64,000 nucleotides of DNA from an uncultured Pseudomonadota bacterium (GTDB lineage: Bacteria; Pseudomonadota; Gammaproteobacteria; Burkholderiales; Casimicrobiaceae): contig CAWAFO010000006.1 in NCBI GenBank assembly GCA_963781395.1, forward strand, positions 29,554 through 93,553. Reading direction: 5' to 3'. The notes beneath the pieces were generated by a model. It did not search any database. It was not told the DNA's origin and saw only the letters and a program-made list of their open reading frames with translations. The position numbers were made by a program, and so were the translations under genes. Shown one piece after another: positions 48,604-60,509 of the stretch. The first letter of the stretch is position 1, and the number at the start of each line of letters is the position of its first letter.

Positions 48604-49554
48604 TCACTCGCTCCACTCGAGCTCGGCATAGGCCGCGGTGACGTTGCGCCGGTGAAAGACGTCGACCAGTTGCCACCCGGGATCCGCCGGTGGCGTGCTG
48701 GCGGCCAGCGTTTGCGAGAGGCTGAGCCCTTTGCGGATCGCCGCACGCACGTCGCGCTGGAGCTCGCGAAGGTAGCGCTCCTCGGCGTCGAGCGCCTGGG
48801 GCCAGGCGCCGGCCCGGCCGTGCCCCGCGATCGCACGCGCAGCCGGTTGCAGGCGCAGCGCCTCGATCGCCGCGAGGAACCCGCGCAGGTTGCCGTCCAG
48901 CACCGGAAGATGCTCGACGAATAGCAGGTCACCCAGCCAAAGCGTGTCGCTGCCGCGATCGAGCACCGTGAGGTCGCAATCCGTGTGTGCGGTGGGCCAC
49001 GCGCGCAGCCTCAGGATTCGATCGCCGAGGTCCAGGTCGAGCGTGTCGATGACGCTGCGCGTCGGCAGGACAATCGTGCTGCCCTCGGCGACGTCGCCGA
49101 GGTCGCGGTGGAGCGCCTTGAGATAGTTGGGCGCGCGGCGCTGCAGCGCATCGGCCAATCGCGCATGGCCGACGAACTCGGGATGGTCTGCCACGAACGC
49201 GGCGTTGCCGAACACGTGATCGGGATGCGCGTGCGTGTTCACGACATAGCAAACAGGCAGCGGCGTCGTCCGACGAATGGCTTCGCGCAGCGCATGTCCC
49301 ACCGCATAGGTGCCGCCGGTGTCGATGACCGCGACGCAGCGGCTGCCAACCACGAAGCCGAGGTTGGCCACGTCGCCGGCGTTCGCCCGCGACATCTCGG
49401 TCACCGCGCCATAGTGCACGTAGACACCGGGAGCCGGATTCTCGAGGAGGAAGTCCGCGATGTCGGTTGCAGCCGACGCCCGCGCGGCAGAGAAGATCGC
49501 GAGCAAGACCAACAGCCAGCGAGGCCCGGAGACAAACCGACGGGCCGCGTTCAC
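48604..49554 (-). CDS. Quinoprotein relay system zinc metallohydrolase (MBL fold)
   Basis: ANLGFVVG, VIDTGGT, THAHPDH, AHTDCD, GDL, AGHG: full ligand set. Confidence 0.85.
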   Translation of the reverse strand: MNAARRFVSGPRWLLVLLAIFSAARASAATDIADFLLENPAPGVYVHYGAVTEMSRANAGDVANLGFVVGSRCVAVIDTGGTYAVGHALREAIRRTTPLPVCYVVNTHAHPDHVFGNAAFVADHPEFVGHARLADALQRRAPNYLKALHRDLGDVAEGSTIVLPTRSVIDTLDLDLGDRILRLRAWPTAHTDCDLTVLDRGSDTLWLGDLLFVEHLPVLDGNLRGFLAAIEALRLQPAARAIAGHGRAGAWPQALDAEERYLRELQRDVRAAIRKGLSLSQTLAASTPPADPGWQLVDVFHRRNVTAAYAELEWSE

Positions 49555-49572
49555 CTTACCTTCCGCCGGCGC

Positions 49573-49923
49573 CTATCGCGTGATGAAGCAGGCCTTCTTG
49601 GCGTTGGCCTCCAGCTCGCGGAAGGAAGCCACGATCTTCCGGCCGTCCTTGAGGTCGCGCATGACCCCGCCGCGCTCGCCGGCGATCGTCATGCCGTCGG
49701 CTACGGTGGACAGGTCGACGAACGTCGCGTAGTCCATCTTGTCGGCAATCGCGTCGATGGCGCAGGAGCACTTGTACATCGATTCCTGCGGCGGCGCCTT
49801 GCTGTCCTTCATGCAGCCCAGGACGAAATCCACGCGCGCGCGAGTCGGAAAGTCGTTGGCGTGCGCCGGCAGCGCGCCGGCGCACAGGATCAGGAGCGCG
49901 TATCGCGCATGTCGGATGGCCAT
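49573..49923 (-). CDS. Small periplasmic Cys-motif protein
   Basis: Signal peptide, FVLGCM...KCSCAIDAIA; in the xox operon. Confidence 0.75.
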   Translation of the reverse strand: MAIRHARYALLILCAGALPAHANDFPTRARVDFVLGCMKDSKAPPQESMYKCSCAIDAIADKMDYATFVDLSTVADGMTIAGERGGVMRDLKDGRKIVASFRELEANAKKACFITR

Positions 49924-49946
49924 CGGAATTCTCCCGCGATGCGTCG

Positions 49947-50798
49947 CTATTGGACGGGCTCGCCGTGCTCGTCGACCAGCGGAACCGCATATTCGCGCAG
50001 GATCGCGGTGACGGCGGCCTGATTGTCGGCGATGAGCTTGTCCACCGTCGCCCTCCAATCGCGATCGCCCTGGCGCACGCCCATCGCGATCGCGTAGTCG
50101 AACTTGACGCCTGGTTCCGACTGCAACGGCACGATGACGAGATCCATGTTGCGAACGCGCCTGGCGTAGTAACCGGCGATCGGGCCCCAGACGATGGCGG
50201 CGTCGATCCTGCCCTGGGCGAGCTCCTGGTCGACGATCGCGCCCGGGTACTGGTCCGGATCCGGCGACATCATCGGATACGGCTTCGCGCGCGCCTCCAG
50301 CCCGTGCTTGGTCAGCCAAAGGCCCGCGGGCGAACGGTCGTAAACACCGATCACGAGCGACTTCAGGCGCTCGGGCGGCAAGGCGAAGAGGTCGGTGCCG
50401 CGCTTCACGGCGTCGAGCCCCTTGCCCTTCGGATACACGAGCACATAGGTCGAGCGGTAGTACGGCGCGGTGGGCCACGCCTGGTCGTAGTCGGAAGGGA
50501 CGCTCATGACGATGTCGCAGGCGTAGTCTTCGCCGGGCAGCCGGTAGCGCAGCGTATTGCGGATGAAGTTCATCCGCTGCGGAAACGTGTAGTTCTTGAC
50601 CGGCAGGCCGAGCTTTTGCGCGAAGAGGTCGGCGATGCGATTCTCGAAGCCCTCGCCTTTGGCATTCGCGAACGGCAGGTTGCTCGGGTCGATGCACGGG
50701 CGGAACGCGGTGCGTGTTTCCTGCGACTGTGCCGAGGCCGCCGTCGCCGTCAACGCCGCGAACGCCATCGCCGCCAGCACTCGACGATTCATCGCCAT
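49947..50798 (-). CDS. xoxJ: XoxJ/MxaJ-like substrate-binding protein
   Basis: PCIDPSNLPF, GFENRIA, PYYRSTYV, WGPIAGY; start could be GTG 50816. Confidence 0.85.
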   Translation of the reverse strand: MAMNRRVLAAMAFAALTATAASAQSQETRTAFRPCIDPSNLPFANAKGEGFENRIADLFAQKLGLPVKNYTFPQRMNFIRNTLRYRLPGEDYACDIVMSVPSDYDQAWPTAPYYRSTYVLVYPKGKGLDAVKRGTDLFALPPERLKSLVIGVYDRSPAGLWLTKHGLEARAKPYPMMSPDPDQYPGAIVDQELAQGRIDAAIVWGPIAGYYARRVRNMDLVIVPLQSEPGVKFDYAIAMGVRQGDRDWRATVDKLIADNQAAVTAILREYAVPLVDEHGEPVQ

Positions 50799-50812
50799 TG
50801 CGCGCCGCGCGG

Positions 50813-51277
50813 TCACGGCTTGATCTCTTCGACGTGTGTGCGCGTGATGTCGCCGTTCGACCGGCCCTTCAGGTACGCGTAGAGATTGTCGATGTTGTCC
50901 ATCACGGTCTTGCTGTTGGCGAAGCTCACCATGCCCTTCTCGAGCCGGCCGTCGCGCACGGTCTTGACGAAATCCTCCTTGCTGAGCGTCTTCAGGCTTT
51001 CGATCAGCGACGGTCCGACCAGCCCTTGCTGGTTGGCGCCGTGGCAGCGATCGCAGGCCGCCGCGCGCCAGGTGCGGAAGCCTTCCATGGTGTTGTGATC
51101 GACCTTGTAGCCGTCGACAACCGTGTACAGCTTGGTCCCAGCGGCCGCTGCGGGCGCGTTCGCGGCCGGAGCCGCTGCCGCAGCCGCGGGCGGCGCGGGT
51201 GATTGCGCCGAAGCGAGCGCGCAGAAGAGCGTCATGCAAAGCGGCAGGCAATGCCGCGCCTGGAACGAACCATTCAT
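50813..51277 (-). CDS. xoxG: c-type cytochrome, XoxG-like
   Basis: CDRCH heme motif, KGM axial Met; between xoxF and xoxJ; start uncertain. Confidence 0.8.
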   Translation of the reverse strand: MNGSFQARHCLPLCMTLFCALASAQSPAPPAAAAAAPAANAPAAAAGTKLYTVVDGYKVDHNTMEGFRTWRAAACDRCHGANQQGLVGPSLIESLKTLSKEDFVKTVRDGRLEKGMVSFANSKTVMDNIDNLYAYLKGRSNGDITRTHVEEIKP

Positions 51278-51409
51278 CGGGGAAACCCTGGAATCGTGGA
51301 ATCGGATCGCCACGACAGACCCACGTCGGGCGACATTCGGGGATCGCGCGAGGCGACGGCGGAGCGTCGCCGGCGCGGAAATACCACGCCGGCGACGGTA
51401 CCCATCACG

Positions 51410-53221
51410 CTAATTCGGCAGTGCGAAGATGGTGAGCGATCCACCCAGCTCGGTGTAGTCGCGCAGTTCCTTGTAGCCGCCGACGGCGCCCAGCCCGTCC
51501 TGGTCCTTCTCGAGGCCCGCCGCCATGCCGATGCCGGCCCAGCCGCCGATGCCCGAGAACACGCCCATGTACTGCTTGCCCTTGTGCTCGTACGTGAAGA
51601 CGTTGCCGATGATGCCGGACGGCGTCTTGAACTTGAACAAATCCTTGTTCACGTCGTTGGCGTCGACGCACTTGAGGTAACCCTCGAGGGTGCCGTAGCA
51701 GGCGATTCCGCCGGCGGTGGTGAGAACGCCGCTCCACACCGAGAACTTCTCGGCCTTGGACTGCACGATCTTGCCGGTGCCGGCGTCCCACACGGTGAAG
51801 TTGCCCATGTTGTTGCCGCCGGGCGCGGGGTACATCGACAGCGTCGCGCCGACGTACGGCTGGCCCGCCACGTAGTCGATCTTGAACGGCTCGTAATCCA
51901 TGCAGACGTGGTTGGTCGGGATGTAGAACCGGCCGTTGCGCGGATTGAACGATGCCGGCTGCTCGTCCTTGCTGCCGAGCGCCGCCGGGCAGATACCCTT
52001 GCTGTTCACGTCCGGTCCGTTATGGGCGGTGGAGTACTTCGGCACTACTTGCGGCCGTCCCGTCTTCATGTCGACGCCGGTCGCCCAGTTCACCGCCGGG
52101 TCGTACTTCTCGGCGACCAGCAGCTCACCCGTCGTGCGGTCGAGCGTGTAGCCGAAGCCGTTGCGGTCGAAGTGCACCAGCGCCTTCGTGGGCTTGCCCT
52201 TGACGTTGATGTCGGCCAGGATCATTTCATTGACCCCGTCGAAGTCCCATTCGTCGTACGGCGTCATCTGATACGCCCACTTGGCCATGCCGGTGTCGAC
52301 GTCGCGCGCGAACACCGTCATCGACCACTTGTTGTCGCCCGGCCGCTGCGCCGGATTCCACGTCGACGGATTGCCGGTGCCGTAGTAGAGGAGGTTCAGC
52401 GCCTTGTCGTAGCTGTACCAGCCCCACGTCGTGCCGCCGCCGGTCTTCCACTGGTCGCCCTGCCACGTCTTCAGCGACGAGTCTTTGCCGACAGGCTTCA
52501 TCGATCCATCGGTCCAGGCCATCGTCTTGTCGGGATCGACCAGCATCTCGGCGTCAGGCCCGGTGCTGTACGCCTTCCACACCAGGTGGCCGTCGTTGAT
52601 GTTGTACGCCGCCAGGAAGCCGCGCACGCCCCACTCGCCGCCGGAAATGCCCGTGATCACCTTGTCCTTGAACACGTGCGGCGCGTTGGTGTTGACGGCG
52701 CCGAGCTTGGGATCGCCATTCTTCACCGACCAGATGACCTTGCCGGTATTGGCGTCGAGCGCGAGCAGCGTGCTGTCGGCCTGCTGCAGGAAGATCTTGT
52801 TCTCGGCGTACGCCAGGCCGCGGTACACGGTGTCGCAGCACATCTGCGGGATCACCGCCGAGTCCTGCTTCGGCTCGTATCGCCACTTGATCTTCTGCGT
52901 GTCGAGGTCGATCGCGAAGACCTTGTTGGGGAACGGCGTGTGCAGGTACATCGTGTCGCCGATGACCAGGGGCGAGCCTTCGTGGCCGCGCAGCACGCCG
53001 GTCGAGAACATCCAGGCCACCTGCAGCTTGCCGACGTTCTGCGCGTTGATCTGCGTCAACTTGCTGTAACGCTGGTTGTACATGTCGCCGGCCTGCATGG
53101 CCCAGTTATTCGGATTTGCGATGTTCTTCTCGACGTCCGCATTCGCCGCTGCAACCATCGGTACGGCCGCGCAAAGCAGCGCAAGCGTCCCGTCGATCAA
53201 CGATCTCAGAGCCCTGTTCAT
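51410..53221 (-). CDS. xoxF: Lanthanide-dependent PQQ methanol dehydrogenase
   Basis: [10 protein letters not shown], vicinal [20 protein letters not shown] (D-x-D lanthanide motif; MxaF has D-x-A), GLGAVGGY; no mxaI adjacent. Confidence 0.88.
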   Translation of the reverse strand: MNRALRSLIDGTLALLCAAVPMVAAANADVEKNIANPNNWAMQAGDMYNQRYSKLTQINAQNVGKLQVAWMFSTGVLRGHEGSPLVIGDTMYLHTPFPNKVFAIDLDTQKIKWRYEPKQDSAVIPQMCCDTVYRGLAYAENKIFLQQADSTLLALDANTGKVIWSVKNGDPKLGAVNTNAPHVFKDKVITGISGGEWGVRGFLAAYNINDGHLVWKAYSTGPDAEMLVDPDKTMAWTDGSMKPVGKDSSLKTWQGDQWKTGGGTTWGWYSYDKALNLLYYGTGNPSTWNPAQRPGDNKWSMTVFARDVDTGMAKWAYQMTPYDEWDFDGVNEMILADINVKGKPTKALVHFDRNGFGYTLDRTTGELLVAEKYDPAVNWATGVDMKTGRPQVVPKYSTAHNGPDVNSKGICPAALGSKDEQPASFNPRNGRFYIPTNHVCMDYEPFKIDYVAGQPYVGATLSMYPAPGGNNMGNFTVWDAGTGKIVQSKAEKFSVWSGVLTTAGGIACYGTLEGYLKCVDANDVNKDLFKFKTPSGIIGNVFTYEHKGKQYMGVFSGIGGWAGIGMAAGLEKDQDGLGAVGGYKELRDYTELGGSLTIFALPN

Positions 53222-53521
53222 GCTCCCTCCTGGTTGGCCATTGCCAAGTCGAAATGTCGCTAACCGGCGTGCCCGCGTGTGCGTACGCGTGGAGCGCGTC
53301 GAGGCAATGTGCGGCCAGTGTCGCGCCCTGTTTGCACATTGTCAATTTGAACAGTACATTCGGTGCCTTACGCACGTCCCTTTGCCCGGCCTCGTTCGCA
53401 CCCCACGCTCCTACAATTGGCTGTTCCGATCGTGTCACGCGAATCGATGTTGCAGTGCGGTAGAGCGGCTTGGAGTGCGCTATTGGCGCCGCTGCCCTGC
53501 GGTGCAACAAGCGCGAAGGGC

Positions 53522-55599
<2,078 letters not shown>

Positions 55600-55682
55600 C
55601 ACCGGACGATCCGACAGGCTCGTTGGAACGACGCCGAACGGCGCCGACTACGCTGGCAACTCACCAACAGGAGGTCATCGAC

Positions 55683-56258
55683 ATGGCAACTTCCATCCAC
55701 CCCGCGGTCGACAACGGCATCAAGCACGCCGCCGCCAACTTCGCCGGCGGCACGCTGTCCTGCAAGTGCGCCGACAACAAGGTGACGGTGTCGGTCAAGG
55801 GACAATCGGCCCACAATCACGTGTGCGGCTGCACCAAGTGCTGGAAGCCGAAGGGCTCGCTGTTCTCGCAAGTCGCGGTGACCGGCCGCGACAACATCAA
55901 GGTGACCGCCAACGAGCAGAAGCTGAAGGTGGTCGATCCCAGCGCGACGATCCAGCGCCACGCCTGCACCGCCTGCGGCACGCACATGTTCGGGCGCATC
56001 GAGAACAAGGATCACGCGCTGTACGGCATCGACTTCATCCACACCGAGCTGTCGCCCGAATCGGGTTGGTCGCCGCCGGAATTCGCGGCGTTCGTGTCGT
56101 CGATCATCGAGTCGGGCGCCGATCCCGCCAAGATGGGCGACGTGCGCAAGCGGCTGAAGGAGCTCGGCCTCGAGCCCTACGACTGCCTGTCGCCGCCGCT
56201 GATGGACATGCTCGCCACGCACACGGCGAAGCAGAAGGGCACGCTGTATCACGCGTGA
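55683..56258 (+). CDS. gfa: Glutathione-dependent formaldehyde-activating enzyme
   Basis: [44 protein letters not shown]. Confidence 0.95.
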   Translation: MATSIHPAVDNGIKHAAANFAGGTLSCKCADNKVTVSVKGQSAHNHVCGCTKCWKPKGSLFSQVAVTGRDNIKVTANEQKLKVVDPSATIQRHACTACGTHMFGRIENKDHALYGIDFIHTELSPESGWSPPEFAAFVSSIIESGADPAKMGDVRKRLKELGLEPYDCLSPPLMDMLATHTAKQKGTLYHA

Positions 56259-57100
56259 GCGTGGAAAACGTCGCCCGCAACCTCTGCTTCGGCGGAGTCC
56301 AGGGCGTCTACCGGCATGCGGCGCAGGAAACGCGCTGTGCGATGCGCTTCGGCGTGTTCCTGCCCCCGCAGGCCCAACACGGCCGCGTGCCGGTGCTGTA
56401 TTGGCTGTCCGGCCTGACATGCACCGAGGAGAACTTCATCGTCAAGGCCGGCGCGCAGCGCGTCGCCGCCGAGCTCGGGCTCGCCATCGTGGTGCCGGAC
56501 ACGAGCCCGCGCGGGCTCGGGTTTCCGGGCGAATCTGATAGCTACGACTTCGGCCTGGGCGCCGGGTTCTACGTCGACGCGACGCAAGCGCCGTGGGCAA
56601 ACGGGTACCGCATGTACTCGTACATCACGCGCGAGTTGCCCGCGCTTATTGAAGCCGAGTTTCCGGTGGACGCGCAGCGCACCGGCATCTTCGGACATTC
56701 GATGGGTGGGCATGGCGCGCTGGTCCTTGCGCTGCGCAATCCGGAGCTATATCGATCGGTGTCGGCGTTTTCGCCCATTGCTTCGCCGATGCGCTGTCCC
56801 TGGGGCGAGAAGGCACTCTCGGGCTATCTCGGGCCGGATCGAGCGGCTTGGCGCGAATACGATGCGAGCGCGCTGATCGCGGATCGCGGGTGGAAGGGAC
56901 CGCCGATTCTGGTCGACCAGGGTACGGCTGATACGTTCCTCAAAACCCAGCTCAAGCCTGAGTTGCTCGAGGAGGCGTGCAGTTCTGCCGGCGTCGCGCT
57001 CGACCTTCGGATGCGCGATGGATACGACCACAGCTACTTCTTCATCGCGACCTTCATCGAGGAGCATCTGCGGCGGCATGCGCGGGCGTTGATGCCCTAG
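56255..57100 (+). CDS. fghA: S-formylglutathione hydrolase (apparently chimeric)
   Basis: [36 protein letters not shown]; GTGA overlap with gfa. Confidence 0.95.
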   Translation: MSVENVARNLCFGGVQGVYRHAAQETRCAMRFGVFLPPQAQHGRVPVLYWLSGLTCTEENFIVKAGAQRVAAELGLAIVVPDTSPRGLGFPGESDSYDFGLGAGFYVDATQAPWANGYRMYSYITRELPALIEAEFPVDAQRTGIFGHSMGGHGALVLALRNPELYRSVSAFSPIASPMRCPWGEKALSGYLGPDRAAWREYDASALIADRGWKGPPILVDQGTADTFLKTQLKPELLEEACSSAGVALDLRMRDGYDHSYFFIATFIEEHLRRHARALMP

Positions 57101-57138
57101 CGTAGCCGGCAACGGCGCCTTCGAGCTCCGCCGTTACG

Positions 57139-57837
57139 TCAAGGCTGCGCGCGACCGGCGTCCTGCCGTCCACCAGGATAGGTTTGTGGTGACCGGTCGT
57201 ACGCCTCCGCACACCGGTCGGAGCAAAACCATGGTCCCATTGGCGTGGCCTTGACGTAGGCCTCGAAGGGCGCGTGCATCTTGCAGACGGGACAGATCCA
57301 GGCAGTGTCAGCGGCCGGCGCCAACTCAATGGAAAAGAGCGGCACGAGGTCGGCGATCGATCGAAGCGCAACGTTGCCGATGCCGCGGGCGACGATTCCC
57401 GCCGTTGTCGCAAAGGTGGCGACGGGCTGCGTTGCCAACATCTGACCCGGCGACGCGATCGCGGCGATGCGCGCCGCGACGTTGACCGTGGAACCGAAGA
57501 GGTCGTTTCCCCGGCGCAGCACGGGACCGTGGTTGATGCCGGTCCTGGTCAGCGGAATCCGTGGTTCGGATCGGCAAGCCGGCAAGAGACGTCCGAGCAC
57601 GCCAAGAGCGGTTTTCGGATCAGCGAATCCGAACATCACTTCATCACCGATCCACTTGATCGGCGCACCGAGAGGACCGAGAGCCTCGCGCACCATTTGC
57701 TCGAAAAGCGTCAGCACCGCGATGGCCGACGCATCTCCATACACGTCGCTGAGCGCGCTGAACCCCGCGAGATCGACGAAGGCGACGGTCGCGAACGTGG
57801 ACTCGAAGCCATCAACGGTCGTGGAAGCAGCGGTCAT
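57139..57837 (-). CDS. Class III adenylate cyclase with C-terminal YHS/TRASH-like metal-binding domain
   Basis: FVDLAGFS, IKWIGDEV, GNDLFGSTVNVAAR; CPVCKM...FCSDRC. Confidence 0.85.
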   Translation of the reverse strand: MTAASTTVDGFESTFATVAFVDLAGFSALSDVYGDASAIAVLTLFEQMVREALGPLGAPIKWIGDEVMFGFADPKTALGVLGRLLPACRSEPRIPLTRTGINHGPVLRRGNDLFGSTVNVAARIAAIASPGQMLATQPVATFATTAGIVARGIGNVALRSIADLVPLFSIELAPAADTAWICPVCKMHAPFEAYVKATPMGPWFCSDRCAEAYDRSPQTYPGGRQDAGRAQP

Positions 57838-57913
57838 GATCGATTTTCGCGCGCCCCGCGTTTGCGGGTCAATTGTCGAACTCACGCGCAGCGTTCTGTC
57901 GCGCACGACACGC

Positions 57914-58591
57914 TCAGCAGCGTCCGCGTAGCACCGCCGGATCGACATCGACGAGGTCACCGATGCGCTCGACGGTCAGGTCCGCCGGTGGATACGCGGC
58001 GGCGTTCGCCGGGTCAAGCGCGTAGTGACCTTGGCGCGCGAACACCGTCGTCAGCCGGCCGCCCCACAGTCCCTTCATCGCGGCGAGGATGCGCAGCTTG
58101 TCGTCGACCATGACGTAGTGGCGCGCCGGAAATCGCCTCTCGACTTCGCTGAGCATGCGTTCCTTGTGGATGTAGATGAGCACGCGCCCGGCGACCGCAT
58201 TCCACAGCCCCGAACGCTGGATCTTGAGTGGCTGGAACACGACGTCGCCGTCGGTGAGAATCACCGGCGTCCCGAAGTGGCCAAGATGCACGATGGCCGC
58301 CAGCGCGCCGGGGTATAGCCGGCTCGCGAACGGATAGTCGACCAGGAACGAGGACATCCGCAGGAGTTCCGGATCGCTCATCGCGTCGAGGCGATAGCGC
58401 TGCAATGCGCCGAGGTAGTCGGCGTAGCCGAGCTCGGTGCGCAGCGCCTCGAAGATGCTCCAATACCGATCCCGATTCGCGGGGCCGAACTCGACCGCCA
58501 GATGCGCGCTCAGATCCTGCTGCACGCGATCGTTGTCGAGCAGCGTATTGTCGCAATCGAGGAGGAACACGACGTCGTCGCGTGCGCTCAT
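57914..58591 (-). CDS. HAD-superfamily hydrolase
   Basis: LLDCDNTL, ILTDGD, QPLKI, MVDDK. Confidence 0.85.
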   Translation of the reverse strand: MSARDDVVFLLDCDNTLLDNDRVQQDLSAHLAVEFGPANRDRYWSIFEALRTELGYADYLGALQRYRLDAMSDPELLRMSSFLVDYPFASRLYPGALAAIVHLGHFGTPVILTDGDVVFQPLKIQRSGLWNAVAGRVLIYIHKERMLSEVERRFPARHYVMVDDKLRILAAMKGLWGGRLTTVFARQGHYALDPANAAAYPPADLTVERIGDLVDVDPAVLRGRC

Positions 58592-58720
58592 GTCATCTCG
58601 CGTTCGAATCAAAATGGTCCGGCCGCGACGGTCGGCCCCGCTGACGCGATTTGAAGCGCCTGGAAATCGGGCAAATGGCAGAGGTTGTGATTCGAATCCG
58701 CCCGCTATCTACCCGAAGGC

Positions 58721-59194
58721 CTATGGAAGCGCGAATAGCTGATCGCAGACCGCTCCGAGTTTTTGCGCAAGCGCCTGGCCCGTGACCTTCGTGGAACCCG
58801 GAACGAGCACGTTGATCACGCAACCACGATCGCCTTTGACCGCCGACACTGCGCCCGCCTCATTCCAGAATGCGGCGTCGCCAATGCCATTGATCGGATG
58901 AGCGCCGGCGATGCGCGGCATCTGCGCGCGAAAAGAGGCGACATTGGCCGCTGACAGCTTGATATATATCGGGTAGCTATTGCATGCCGTGGGATCGGTG
59001 CGCTTGGGGGGCGACGCGCGAGAGCTGAGGATCGCGTCCGTGACTGCGGGCGTCAGATATTTCTCGCAGGCAGTTCCGCCGTTGGCGCTCCACGCGGCGC
59101 CCGTGTCCGCCGCGTGGGCAGGATATTGAAGCAAGGCTAAGCCAAGGCCAAAGGTCATGAGGAATGTGCAGGTTGCGTACGGTATGCGAGTCAT
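58721..59194 (-). CDS. Secreted hypothetical protein
   Basis: AGGAGG RBS, signal peptide, four Cys, GIGDAAFW. Confidence 0.7.
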   Translation of the reverse strand: MTRIPYATCTFLMTFGLGLALLQYPAHAADTGAAWSANGGTACEKYLTPAVTDAILSSRASPPKRTDPTACNSYPIYIKLSAANVASFRAQMPRIAGAHPINGIGDAAFWNEAGAVSAVKGDRGCVINVLVPGSTKVTGQALAQKLGAVCDQLFALP

Positions 59195-59345
59195 GACATG
59201 CCTCCTATGAAGACGGTCGCGTGCCACAAGAGAACCGGCATTGTCTGAACATCTTCAGCCGAGTAAACAAGCATCGTTTGCCCATGGTACTGCAGTACAC
59301 GTCTCCGTCATTTGCCGCCAATAACGTATTGGGGCGACAAATCCA

Positions 59346-59411
59346 CCCATCGCCTCGCCGATTCGCTGCCCGTGGGGTGAGAAGGCGCTTTCAGGCTACC
59401 TTGGACCGGAT
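59346..59411 (+). pseudogene. Internal fragment of a divergent fghA allele
   Basis: Encodes [22 protein letters not shown] versus [22 protein letters not shown] at 56774-56839; 54/66 nt identical, all 12 differences at third codon positions. Confidence 0.9.
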
Positions 59412-59491
59412 GGGGCGGAACGGCGCGATGACTGCAATGGGCCGGGAGCGGCCCCTGTATTGTTCTGGCGGCATCAGCAATTAAGCCAAAT

Positions 59492-60235
59492 ATGAAACGA
59501 GCTCACGTCCCCACCATCGCGCCTCGCTACTGGCTCGGAATCACGCTGGCCAGCATCTTCGGCACCAATCTTGGCGACTTCTACGCCCACAGCAGCGGCC
59601 TGGGACTCATCGGCGGCTTGCCTATTCTCGTCGCGCTCTTCGTTGCAGTCTATGTGATCGAGCGCTTCGACGGGCGTACGCATGATGGCTACTATTGGTT
59701 GTGCATCATCATCTTGCGAACCGGTGCTACCAACATTGCCGACTACATGGCGGGCAGGCGTGGACTGAACATCGACCGACTCACGCTGAGCATCGGCTTG
59801 GGACTGGCAATTGCGTTTCTGGCGTGGTGGTCTGCACGCGCGGAGTTCAAGCTCGGGCAGCATCCTGTTCGCAAAGCGCTTCCGGACACAGGCGGGGTCT
59901 ATTGGCTCGCCATGCTGACGGCCGGTGTGTTCGGAACCGTGATGGGCGATTTCTTCGAGAAGATGATGGGACAAGGGATCGCCAGCCTCATGCTCGGCGT
60001 TGTATTGGCCGTGGCCCTCCTGATCTATCGCCGAGGCATCCTGCGGATGGCTTACGCATACTGGCTGGCGATCGCCGCGGCGCGCACGACAGGAACGGCC
60101 ATCGGCGATTGGCTGGCGGAGAACAAGTTTCTGCACATTGGGCTGCCACTCAGCACGCTGCTCACCGGCATTGCCTTCGTCGCCGCACTCGTTCTCTGGC
60201 GGGATCGGAGGCAGCCGGAACCCGCAGCGGTCTAA
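59492..60235 (+). CDS. COG4705/DUF347-repeat membrane protein
   Basis: Repeated YW..I....GT..GD units (GTNLGD, GATNIAD, GTVMGD, GTAIGD). Confidence 0.8.
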   Translation: MKRAHVPTIAPRYWLGITLASIFGTNLGDFYAHSSGLGLIGGLPILVALFVAVYVIERFDGRTHDGYYWLCIIILRTGATNIADYMAGRRGLNIDRLTLSIGLGLAIAFLAWWSARAEFKLGQHPVRKALPDTGGVYWLAMLTAGVFGTVMGDFFEKMMGQGIASLMLGVVLAVALLIYRRGILRMAYAYWLAIAAARTTGTAIGDWLAENKFLHIGLPLSTLLTGIAFVAALVLWRDRRQPEPAAV

Positions 60236-60434
60236 GCAATCTATTCGATCCGAAAGCGTGGCTCGCGCGAGCCAAAGGCGCAAGGCTTGTTCTATCCGGA
60301 TTCTGCTTCGCCCCGGCAACGCTTCTAGGCGAACAGAAATATCTGTGCGCGCAGAAGATCATCAGGCCCAATCCGACAACGAAGCCGGACACGACACCGG
60401 AAATGAACAGCAGCCATCAGCGAGAACGCGACCA

Positions 60435-60470
60435 GGGTTCTATGTCGATGCGACGCAAGCGCCGTGGACA
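60435..60470 (+). repeat. 36-bp direct repeat of fghA 56564-56599 (att-core-like)
   Basis: 33/36 identical; both read [11 protein letters not shown]; two of three mismatches are synonymous. Confidence 0.85.
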
Positions 60471-60509
60471 TCCTGCTTTACGGCACGACGAACCTCGACA
60501 TATTCTTCC

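Noticed and set aside
57914-58591. HAD hydrolase as the missing phosphonatase PhnX
   Set aside because: Lacks the PhnX DWAGT motif and Schiff-base cap signature; it is island cargo
58685-58712. tRNA T-loop-like TTCGAATCC as an att remnant
   Set aside because: No T-stem pairing or acceptor/CCA context
60290-60420. Minus-strand transmembrane-like reading WLLFISGVVSGFVVGLGLMIF
   Set aside because: No valid start and an upstream stop; at most a gene remnant, so not called as a CDS
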